Below are positions 1-10,500 of a stretch of DNA of 64,000 bases, in pieces. The position numbers and the translations under genes are program-made. How positions within the stretch are numbered: position 1 is the first letter of the stretch; the number at the start of each line of letters is the position of its first letter. The notes beneath the pieces are model-generated. The model searched no databases, was not told where the DNA came from, and saw only the letters and a program-made list of their open reading frames with translations. The DNA lies in contig JBDKJY010000011.1 in NCBI GenBank assembly GCA_039796295.1, positions 93,157 to 157,156 of the forward strand, read 5' to 3'. Source of the DNA: Verrucomicrobiota bacterium. Its GTDB lineage: Bacteria; Verrucomicrobiota; Verrucomicrobiia; Limisphaerales; SXTU01.

Positions 1-1
1 C

Positions 2-589
2 CATGTCATCGGCCTCGACCAGTCCGCCGAGATGATTGAGCGCGCCCAGCGCAAGCGCAGCACGCTCAACGGCCACACCGACTACGTGCGCTTCCAAGTC
101 GGCGACGCCTGCCGCACCGACCTGGCCACCAACTTCGACCTCGTCACCTGCATGTTCGCCGTCCTCAGCTACCAGACCACGGATGCGGACGCGCTTGCGC
201 TCTTCAAAAACGCCCGCCGCCATCTGGACTCCGGCGGCCTCTTCATCTGCGATTACTGGCACGGCCCCGGCGTCCTCACGCAACGCCCGATCACGCGCAC
301 GAAGACCGCCGAGTTCGCTGGCGACGTCATCTCCCGCACCTCCACCCCCACGCTCGACGAGACCAAGCACACGGTCAGCCTCGACATCGTCACCAGCCAC
401 GCCCACGACGGATTGCGCTTCGACGAGTCCCGCGAGCAACACCGCGTCCGCTACTTCTTCGCCTCAGAAATCACCCGCCTCCTCACCGCCGCTGGCCTGC
501 GTCCGCTGCACTTCTGCGCTTTCCCCAACCTCGATCAACCACCCACTGCTAACGACTGGAACGCCGCCGTCATCGCCCGCGCCAACTAA
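2..589 (+). CDS. Class I SAM-dependent methyltransferase (5' end cut by window edge)
   Basis: Frame is open from base 2 (..VIGLDQSAEMIERAQ..) and continues as ORF-track 32..589. Rossmann MTase-like blocks are present (VIGLD.S..M, FDLVTCMFAVLSY, LDSGGLFI). TAA at 587-589. Confidence 0.7.
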   Translation, partial: HVIGLDQSAEMIERAQRKRSTLNGHTDYVRFQVGDACRTDLATNFDLVTCMFAVLSYQTTDADALALFKNARRHLDSGGLFICDYWHGPGVLTQRPITRTKTAEFAGDVISRTSTPTLDETKHTVSLDIVTSHAHDGLRFDESREQHRVRYFFASEITRLLTAAGLRPLHFCAFPNLDQPPTANDWNAAVIARAN

Positions 590-599
590 GTCCCCTTCT

Positions 600-1544
600 A
601 TGACTCAAAGCCAAACTCACTCCTCGTTTCCCGTCACCCGCCAGGAATTTGCCTGCCTCGCTCAGGGCATCACGATCACCGGCCAGATGTTGCAGGCACA
701 CATCGCCGCCGGCACCGAGGTCGGCGAGCAGAACGCGCGGGTGCGACAAGATTCGCTGCACAATCCGGCAGAGCAGCGTCTGCTTTACCTGCAATACCAG
801 GCCCTCGCCCGGCAGGGGGTGCCGCTGCCATCGTTTGCGGAGGCTGGCTTCCGCGTTTACTCGCAGTCCGATGAGGACGGGTTACTGCTGCTCCTCTTCT
901 CACAGATTGGCTTCACCAATCGCCGTTGTGTGGAAATGGCGTTTGGCACGCCATACGGCGCGAACGTGACCAACCTCATTCTGAACTGGGGCTTCATGGG
1001 CTTGATGGTCGAGTGCAAGGCGGTTGAGGAGTCTCAGCGGTTCTTCGCCACGCATCGCGACACCTGGGTGTATCCGCCGCCGGTGGTGAAATCGTGGATC
1101 ACTCCGGAGAATGTGAACTTCCTCTGCCAGTCGCACGGCTACACCGGCTCGCTCGATTTTTTCTCGCTGGACATGGACAGCACTGACTACTGGGTTTGGG
1201 AGCGGCTCGATGCCATCCAGCCGCGGGTGGTGGTGGTGGAGTTCAACCCAGCGCTCGGGGCCGAGCGCAGCTTGACCATCCCCAACATCGCTGGCAGCCG
1301 CGAGCGGCACACGGCCTACTACGGTGCCTCGCTTACGGCACTGGTGAAGCTGGGCCGACGCAAGGGCTACCGCTACGTCGGTGCCAACCGCTACGGCTAC
1401 AACGCTTTCTTCGTTCGCGAGGATTCGGCTCCGGCCACCCTGCCGGCCGCATCCCTGGAGGATGCCTTCCAGCACCACCGCGCCCAGGAGTTGGTCGCGA
1501 AACAAGGTCCGGAGCTGGCCGCTTTCGAGTGGGTTGAAGTCTGA
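600..1544 (+). CDS. Hypothetical protein, glycan-cluster associated (possible FkbM-like fold)
   Basis: ATG at 600 follows a 10-nt gap after the upstream stop. The 36..599 part of ORF-track 36..1544 is an out-of-frame shadow of the methyltransferase. FRVYSQSDEDGLLLLLF resembles an N-terminal block I associate with FkbM-type proteins. No firm family call. Confidence 0.5.
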   Translation: MTQSQTHSSFPVTRQEFACLAQGITITGQMLQAHIAAGTEVGEQNARVRQDSLHNPAEQRLLYLQYQALARQGVPLPSFAEAGFRVYSQSDEDGLLLLLFSQIGFTNRRCVEMAFGTPYGANVTNLILNWGFMGLMVECKAVEESQRFFATHRDTWVYPPPVVKSWITPENVNFLCQSHGYTGSLDFFSLDMDSTDYWVWERLDAIQPRVVVVEFNPALGAERSLTIPNIAGSRERHTAYYGASLTALVKLGRRKGYRYVGANRYGYNAFFVREDSAPATLPAASLEDAFQHHRAQELVAKQGPELAAFEWVEV

Positions 1545-1557
1545 TCACACCGCCTTT

Positions 1558-4500
1558 ATGAAAATACACATTGTCTGCTACGAAGATGTCCACGGCTGGA
1601 TCCTCGGCAAGTTCGCCTTGAAGCTCCAGGAGCACCTCCGCCCGCTCGGCATCGCCGCCACCATTTCCAAGCAGCCCGACCCGCAAGCGGACATCAACCA
1701 CCACATCATTTACTACGACTACGATGGCCGGAAGACCACCACCGAGACCGTCATGGTCACGCACATTGACACCGACTGGAAACGCGAGCGTCTCCGCCAG
1801 CAGCTCGTCAACGCCGCGATGGGCATCTGCTGCTCGGCCGAAAGCGTGGACGCCCTCGCCGCCGCCGGTCTGCCGCGCGAAAAGCTCTGCTTCGTCAACC
1901 CCGGCCACGACGGCGAGATGCGCGCCCGCCGCACCGTCATCGGCATCACGAGCAAAGTTCAGCCCAGTGGCTGCAAACGCGAAGGCATCCTCCTCGACCT
2001 CGCTCAACGCCTCTCCCCCGATGAATTCCAGTTCCGCATCATGGGCACGGGCTGGGACGAGCACGTGAAGAACTTGCGCCTCGCCGGCTTCACCGTGGAC
2101 CACTGGAAAGCCTTCGACCGCCCGGAGTATCTCAAGCTGATGCCGAGCCTTGACTACTACCTCTACCTCGGCCTCGACGAAGGCTCGATGGGCTACATGG
2201 ACGCGCTCGCCGCTGGCGTGCAAACCATCGTCACCACGCAAGGTTTTCACCTCGACGCGCCCGGCGGCATCACGCACGGCTGGAGCGAACCCGCCGAGCT
2301 GTTCCGCATCTTCGAGAGCATCGCCCGCGAGAAACGCCTGCGTCAGCAAGCCGTCGCCAACTGGACTTGGCCCGAATACGCCAAGCGCCACTTGGCCCTC
2401 TGGCACTACCTGCTCGCCCGGCAGTCCGGCCAGTTGTTGAGCGCGTCCCTCCGCGCGCCGCTGGCCAAGATGGCCGTGCTCGTGGACAAAGGTGCCTTCG
2501 CCGAAGTGAAGTTGACCGAGGAAAGCAAGCCGGCGAAGCCATCCGATGACTCGCCGCAACGGCGTGAACTTCCCCCTGAAGTCATCCGCTCACTTCGCGC
2601 CCAGCACTCGCACTTGATGGCCGCCAATCCGGCCGCCGCTGCGACTTTCCGCAAGCAGTTCGCCAAGCAACCGCTCGACGCGGTCGTCGCGGACTTCGAC
2701 GGCGACCTAAAGTTCCGTTGCAGCCTGCACCACCACATCGGCAGCCAGATTTTCTGGCATGGCGGCTACTCGCAGGCACAGCTTCGCCTCCTGAGCCGGC
2801 TGCTCACGAGGCCGGACATGGTTTATCTCGACGCCGGCGCGAATGTTGGCGAGCAGACGGTCTTCGCCGCCAAGCGTCTTCCGCGCGGCCAGGTTTTTGC
2901 CTTCGAGCCGACCACGGAAGTTTTCCAGGTCCTCTCCGAAAACGTCCGGGCGAACGGCTTCACGCACGTCCGCGCCGAGAAGCTCGGTCTCGGCGAGCAG
3001 TCCGGCGAGCTGCCCATTTATTCGTCGCATGCCGAGGTTGCCAGCGATGGGACGGTGAACGAGGGCGTTCCGACGCTGTTCAGCTCCACCGACCGCGGCA
3101 CGGTCATCGAGCGGGTGAGGATTGTGCGCCTGGATGACTTCCTTGCGCCGCTCAACCTTCCGCGTCTGGACGTGATGAAGGTGGATGTCGAGGGCGCCGA
3201 GATGATTGTGCTCAAGGGCGCGGTGGAGACCATCAAGCGCCATCGGCCCGTGTTCATCGTCGAAGTCCACGAGGGCACCAGCCAGAGCGCCGGCCACTCC
3301 GTGCGCGAGCTGCTCCAGTTCATTCAGCGCCTGGGCTATCGCATCGAGGGCCTGCAACCTGACGGCGGAACGCGCCCCTTCACGGACAATCAACTGGCTG
3401 AGATTCGGGATGTGGTGTGCTTTCCGCTGCCGGTCGCGGCTGCGGCACTGGAGACGGATCAAACTCCCGCCATCGAAGCCGAAATCACCGCCGCGCTCGC
3501 CGTCGACCCGAACGACCGCGAAGCGCTCACCGCGCTGCTCTCCCTGCGGCTCGACCAATCACGCTGGGCCGAAGCCGCGAAGGCCGCGTTCCAACTGCTC
3601 CAGCAAACGCCGAACGAAGCGCCCATTCTCCAAGCTCTCGCCCACTGCCTTGACCAAACCGGCGAGCACGAAACCGCCGCCGCCGTGCGCGGGCGCATTG
3701 GAGCGCGGACGCCCACGTCCGCAGCACCTCCGAGTGATGAGTCGGCCAGCCACAACCCAACGCGGCCTGCGTCCCTCCCTCTCCCAGCGGGAGAGGGCCG
3801 GGGTGAGGGAGAACGCGTCCCTTCTTGCACCGTCGCCGCTCCGTCCACCGCAACGACTGCGGACGTAGGCGTCCGCGCTCCACGAGTCCTCCTCCTCGCC
3901 GATGTGCCCAACTGGATTTTCCACCGCCACTGCCAAGAGCTCACCGCCCGTCTCGGCGACGAGTTCACCTTCACCACGAAGTTCGCTGGCGAGCCGTTTA
4001 ACGAAGCCGACTACGACCTCATCTACCCGCTTGAGTTCAACCTCGTGAACCCCGCGTGCATCACCGACCCGCGCAAATACCTCACCGGCATCCGCTCCCA
4101 CTGCACCTGGCAGCGCCTCGGCTTTGAGCAAAGCATCGCCACGCTCAAGACCAACTTCGCCCACGTCCACGCCGTCTCCACGCGGTTGCAACGCATCTTC
4201 GCCCCGCACGTCCCGAGCCTCACGCTCCTCAGCCACGGCGTGGACACGAACTTCTTCACGCCCCGCGCCACGGCCACTTCACCCGCTGGCAAACTTCGCC
4301 TCGGCTGGGCCGGCAACCGCCTCTCGCCGAACAAAGGTTTCGCCGAACTCATCGCGCCGCTCGGCCAGCTTCCCGGCGTCGAACTCGTCTTCTGCGGCTA
4401 CGCCGACCGCAACCTAAACCGCGAACAGATGCGCGAGTTCTACGCCTCCGTGGACGCCGTGGTCTGCGCCTCCGACTTCGAGGGCAACAATAACTCGCTC

Positions 4501-7500
4501 CTCGAAGCCGCCGCGATGGCCCGCGCCCTCGTCACCACCGACACCGGCACGGTGCCCGAGTATCTCACCCACGGCGCGAGCGCTCTTATCGTCGAGCGCA
4601 CGCTGCCTGCTCTCACCGCCGCCGTGCTCACGTTGCGCGACCAACCGGAGCTGCGCGCAAAACTTGGCACCGCCGCTCGCGCCTCAGTCGTGGAGAAATT
4701 CTCTTGGGCGAAACTCGCCGAAGCCCACCGCGCATGGTTCCGCACCGCCCTTGCCAGCGCTGCGCCCGGCCAGCCTGACTACAACGAGATCGAGCAGCTC
4801 GCGCGGCAGGCCTTGGTCGAAAACCCGGATGGCGTGGAAGCCCTTTCGCTGCTGGCCCAAGCGCTCTTGCACCATCGCAACTTCAACGAAGCGGCGCGCG
4901 TATGCCTCCGCTTGCTCGAACTCCAACCAACCCACATCAACGCCCTCGCGATGCTGGCCAAGTGCCTATTCCAGGCCAACGAGCTCGCCGCCGCCCGCTC
5001 CACGCTGGAGCAAATCCTCGAACTCGAACCGAACAACGCAATGGCCCGGGAGAACCTCCAAGCCCTCGCGCAGCTCCAAGCCAATGGAGCGCGGACGCCC
5101 ACGTCCGCAGCCCCTGCCGACACAACGAAACCTGCTGCGGACGTAGGCGCCCGCGCTTCGCTCCCGCCGCACCTCCAGCCCGAACTCGACGCCGTCAGCG
5201 CCGCCTACGCAGCCGGCGACCTCCCTGCCGCACACGCCATCCTCCACCGAGCCTTCAAGGCGAATCCCGACTGCGACGCCCTCCGTGAGCTGGCCGCCGA
5301 GTCCACCGGCCTTGTCCGCGCTGCCTGCCCCGTGCCCGACTTCGGCGACGCCGTGAAGCCCGCGCGCTTGAACATCGCGCTGATGACCTTCAACGCGCTG
5401 GCTTACACCAAGCTCTGCCTCGCCAGCCTCCGGCAGCACAGCACCGAGGCTTACAACGTCTTCATCGTGGACAACGGCTCCACGGACGGCACGCGCGAGT
5501 GGCTCGCCGAGCAAACGGATGAAAACCTCTTCGTCGAGTTCAGCCCCGCGAACCTCGGCGTGCCCGGTGGCCGCAACCGCCTGCTCCAGCTCATCCAGCC
5601 GCACCTGCGCACCTCGGACTTCGTCATCTTCATGGACAACGACATCGAGGTGATGCCCGGTTGGGTGGAGCATTTCTCGAACTTCTTCGTCGCCAACCCG
5701 CACGTCGGAATCGCCACGGCAGTCGGCCACTACTTCAACGTGCGCGGCGACCTGCGTGAACTCGGCGCGGTGCCCGTCGGTGCGCCCACGCCAGTGGATG
5801 TGGCGTGCGGCGGTTTCGTGTGCTGGGTCCGCGCGGCTACGGCGGCGGCCGTGGGCGAGTATGATGAAAAGCTCGGCCTGTTCTGGCACGAAGATGACGA
5901 CTACACCGTCCGTGCGCTCGCGTCCGGCTGGGAAGTTTTCATCGTCCCCGGTGCTCCCGTGCTCCATCACGAGCACAAGTCCGGCGAAGCCAAACCCGGC
6001 ATCAAGGTCGGCGGCTCCCCGGCGAACCAGCGCTACCTCGCGAACAAGTGGCGCGCCCTCGGCCTGCTGGACGCGAACGGCAAACCGAAGCGGCCCAAGT
6101 CCCAAGTAGGTCAGCGCGTCTCGCCTGACCTTCAAACTAAAGTTCCCCCTCAAGCGGAGTCAGGAAGTCAGACGGACAGGCAGGATGCGCTGTCCTACTT
6201 CAAGGCGAAGCGCCCTCGCGTCACCCTCCCCATCCGCTGGGCCGCGCCGTTCTTCAATCCCACCGGTTACGCCAGCGAGGCCATCAACTTCGTCCTCCCG
6301 CTCTCGCACCAGCTCAACCTCGGCCTCTTCCACGACACCAACATCACCTCCGAGCAATTCACCGCCGAGCTGCCCGCTGCGGACCGCGACCGTTTGCTAG
6401 CTCTCCGCGACAAGTTCTTCCTCATGCGCGGCGGCGTGCTCGTCTCGCACAATCCGGCCTTCGCCTTCAAGCGCACGCCCGACGCGCTCTATCACGTCGG
6501 CCGCTCCATGTATGAGACCGACCGCATCCCCGCCGACTGGGTGACGTGCTGCAACGGCATGGACGAAGTCTGGGTGCCGAGCCAGTTCAACGTGGAGACG
6601 TTCGCCAACAGCGGCGTGCTGCGCGAGAAGCTCGTGGTCATCCCCGGCGCGGTGGATGAAAACCTCTTCGACCCCGCCAAGCACACGCCGCTGCCGCTGC
6701 CCAACGCGGCGAAGTTCAACTTTGTTTCCGTCTTCGAGTGGTCCGGGCGCAAGGCCTGGGACGTGTTGCTTGCCGCGTATCTGCGCGAGTTCTCCGCTGC
6801 CGATGACGTGTGCCTGCACCTCCGCACTTACCTCTTCGGCCACCCCGACGCCGACCCGCGCGACACGTTGGAACCGCTCATCCGCGACTTCGCGGCGAGC
6901 CTCGGGCTGGGCAACAAGGCGCTCCCGCGCATCCAGTTGCTCACTGAGCAAATCGCGACCGCCGACCTCCCGCGTCTCTACCTCGCGGCGGATTGCATCG
7001 TCGTGCCGAGTCGCGGTGAAGGCTGGGGTCGTCCGATGCATGAGGCGATGGCGATGGGCCGCCCGGTCATCGCGACCGGCTGGAGCGCGAACACGGAGTT
7101 CATGAACGCGGACAACTCCTACTTACTCGACTACGAGCTGGTGGAGGTGACCGGCGTGGAGCCGTATCTGAAACACTACCTCGGCCACCGCTGGGCGCAG
7201 CCCTCCGAGAAGCACCTCCGCGAGCTAATGCGCCGCGTGAAGGAGAACCCTTCCGAAGCCGCCGCGAAAGGCGCAAAGGCCCGCGCACACGTGACGAAAC
7301 ACTTCTCCCGCGCCGCCGTGGAGGAGAAGGTCATGCAGCGGCTGGAAGCCATTGAGCGGAAGTTCACCAAGGCGAGCTGTGAGCCGGTGTCGGCGAAAGT
7401 GCGTGTCCTTGAGCACGCGGCTGCTCTCCCTCAGCCAAGCGCGTCCTCCATCGCACTGGCCTGGTCCGGCTCCTTCCTCGACTTCGGTAGCCTCTCGCAC

Positions 7501-10500
7501 GTCAACCGCGAGCTGACGAGCGCCTTGGAAAAGCTCCCCGGCGTCCGGCTCACGCGCCTTGGCCAAAGCACGCTGAACGCTCCCAACGCGCTCGCCGGCC
7601 TCGCGCGCACGCTCAAGTCCACTGCGCCCACCGGCACCCAGGTCACCGTCCGGCATGCGTGGCCGCCGGATTGGCAACGGCCCGCGACTGGCAAGCTTGT
7701 CGTGATGCAACCGTGGGAGTTCGGCGCTTTGCCGCTCGATTGGGCGAAGCAAGCCGGCAGCGTGGACGAGTTCTGGGCTTACTCGAACTACGTCCGTCGC
7801 CTCTACCTTGCGGCCGGCGTCGCGCCCGAGAAGGTGAAAGTCATCCCGCTGGGCATTGACCCGGCGACGTTCCGACCTGACGCCAAGCCACTGCCGCTCG
7901 CGACGCGCAAGGCGTTCAAGTTCCTCTTCGTCGGCGGCACCATCTACCGCAAAGGCCCGGACGTGCTGCTGCGCGCTTACCTCGACACCTTCACCGCTGC
8001 CGACGACGTGTGTCTCGTCATCAAAGACTTCGGTGGCAACAGCGTTTACCAAGGCCAGACGCTCGGCACGCAAATCAAGGCCGCCCAAGCCCAGCCGAAC
8101 GCGCCGGAGATCCTCCACCTCACCGACGACCTGCCGCCCGAGTCGCTCCCGAGCCTCTACACCGCGTGCGATTGCCTCGTGCATCCGTATCGCGGCGAGG
8201 GCTTCGGCCTGCCTGTGCTCGAAGCAATGGCCTGCGCGCTCCCGGTTATCTGCACCGGCGGCGGCTCCACGGATGATTTCGCGACCGATGAGTTCGCGTA
8301 TCGCCTGCCCGCCGTGCGGAAGCCGATCGGCAACCGGGTCGGCAACATCGAGTTGGTCAGCGGCGGCTGGCTGTTTGAACCCGATGCGTCCGCGCTCGCT
8401 GCTCGTCTCCGGCACGTTCTTGGCAACCGCGACGAAGCCCGCGCCAAGGGCCGCGCGGCGAGCGAGTTCGCCCGCACGCAGTTCACCTGGCAACGCAGCG
8501 CGGAGGCGGTGGCCGCTTGTCTCACCGTGGAGGCCGTCCCAGCGGCAGCGGTGCCGGCCAAGCCGGAGCCGAGCCACGATCGGTCAGCGTTGCTGGTTCC
8601 CCTCGCCCCGCTCGGCCCGTCCGGTGACAGCGCGAGTGCGATGCAGAAGCCGAAGCTGAACTTCAAGCTCCCCACGGTCGCGCTCCTCGGCGACTTGTGC
8701 GCGGCGCGGGCCGCCTTGCAACGGAAGCAGTTCGTCCCGGCCTGGAGCGCCGTGCTGGACAGCTTGAAGGCGCGCCCTTTCAACCCGGACGCGTGGCTGC
8801 TGCTCGCCGAGATTGCCCGCGAAGCCGGTGACCTCCCGATGGCCACGCGGTGCGCCGAGCGCTGCCGCACGCTCGCCCCGCAGTGGCGCAGCGCGAAGAA
8901 GTTCCAGAAGACGCTGCCGACGCACGGACGCGACCCGAAGATTGCCTGGCCCGCGTTGCCCGCCGCGAGCGCCGCACCGCGCCTGTCGGTCTTCATCATC
9001 GCGAAGAACGAGGAGCGGTTCCTCGGCCAGTGCCTCGCTTCGATCAAAGGCTTGGCCGACCAACTCGTCGTCCTGGACACCGGCTCGACCGACCGCACCG
9101 TCGCTATCGCCCAGGAGCACGGCGCGGAAGTTCACCACGCTGTGTGGGAAGATGATTTCAGTGCCGCCCGGAATGCCGCGCTCGCGCACTGCACGGGCGA
9201 TTGGGTGATGTTCCTCGATGCCGATGAGGAGCTGCCGCCCGCCGAGCACGCGAAGCTGCGCGCCGACCTGCAAGCGCCCGGCGTGCTGGCCTTGCGCGTG
9301 CGGTTGCAGAACGCCGGGCTGGAGGACGACGGCTGCTGCCACGTTCCGCGCGTCTGGCGGAACGCGCCCGGCCTGTTCTTCTACGGGCGCGTCCACGAGC
9401 AGGTGTTCCCGAGCGTCCTCGTGAAGTGCGAAGCCTGGCATCTGGAAACGCGCCTCGGCACGACGACCTTGCGCCACCACGGCTACGATCCCGAGGTGGT
9501 GAAGGACCGGAACAAGATCGCGCGCAACCTCGCCTTGCTCCGCCGCGCCGTGCAGGAGCTGCCGGGCGAACTGAACTTGACCATGAACCTCGGTCTCGAG
9601 CTGGTGCGCTCCGGGCAGTTGCAGGAAGGGTTGGAACACTACCGGTTGGCCTTCAGTCAGCTCGCGGAACTGCCGAAGAAAGACATTGTGCCCGAGCTGC
9701 GCGAGTCACTCCTCACTCAATTCGTCTGCCACCTGCACACGGCGAAGCAAGTCGCCGAGCTGTTGCGCGTGCTGGAGTCGCGGACGGCGCGCGAGGGCGG
9801 GCTGACTGCCTCGATGCACTTCATGGCGGCGCTCGCCTGCCTCGAACTCAAGCGCTTCACCGACGGCGCGGAGCACGCCTGCCTCTGCCTCGCCAAGCGC
9901 CACCAACCCGTCCTCTCCCCCATCAACCGCGATATCCTGAAGGCCGGCCCGCACCATGTGCTGGCGCTGTGTCAGTGGGGCGCGCAGCAGCACGAGGAGG
10001 TGGAGCAAGCCTTCTTGAAAGCACTGGCCGAAGACGCTGGAGCGCGGGCGGCGCGTTTGGATTTCGCGCGTTGGTTGGCCGAACGCGGGCGCAAGGTGGA
10101 CGCGCTGCACTTGCTGCACAAGCTGGTGCCCGGCAGTGAGACCGAGCCGCGCGTGTGGCAGCTCGGCGCACAGATTGCGTTGAGTGAACCGGAGTTCATC
10201 GAGTTCGCCGGGGATTGGACCAGCGAGGCGGTGAGTCATCACCCGGAGAACACGGGGCTCGTGTCCTTGCGGGCCGAGGCGTTGTTGCTCGCGGGCGATG
10301 CGGAAGGAGCCATCGCGGTGATGGCACCGCTCCAGGCGGATTCGCCCACGCTCCACGCCGCGCGGCTGCTGGCCACGCTCGCCAGCGACGGCGGGTTGCC
10401 CGCCGGAGTCGCCCGGAACGAAGGGGCGGTGAGCGGTGAATTCCTGCGGTGGTATCGGCGGTTGGTGGAGTTCCGCACGAACAGCTTGCTCCTGAAGGTC

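Noticed and set aside
36-599. N-terminal 188 codons of ORF-track 36..1544
   Set aside because: This part overlaps the methyltransferase out of frame and is Ser/Pro/Thr/Ala low-complexity. A clean ATG at 600 follows the upstream stop.
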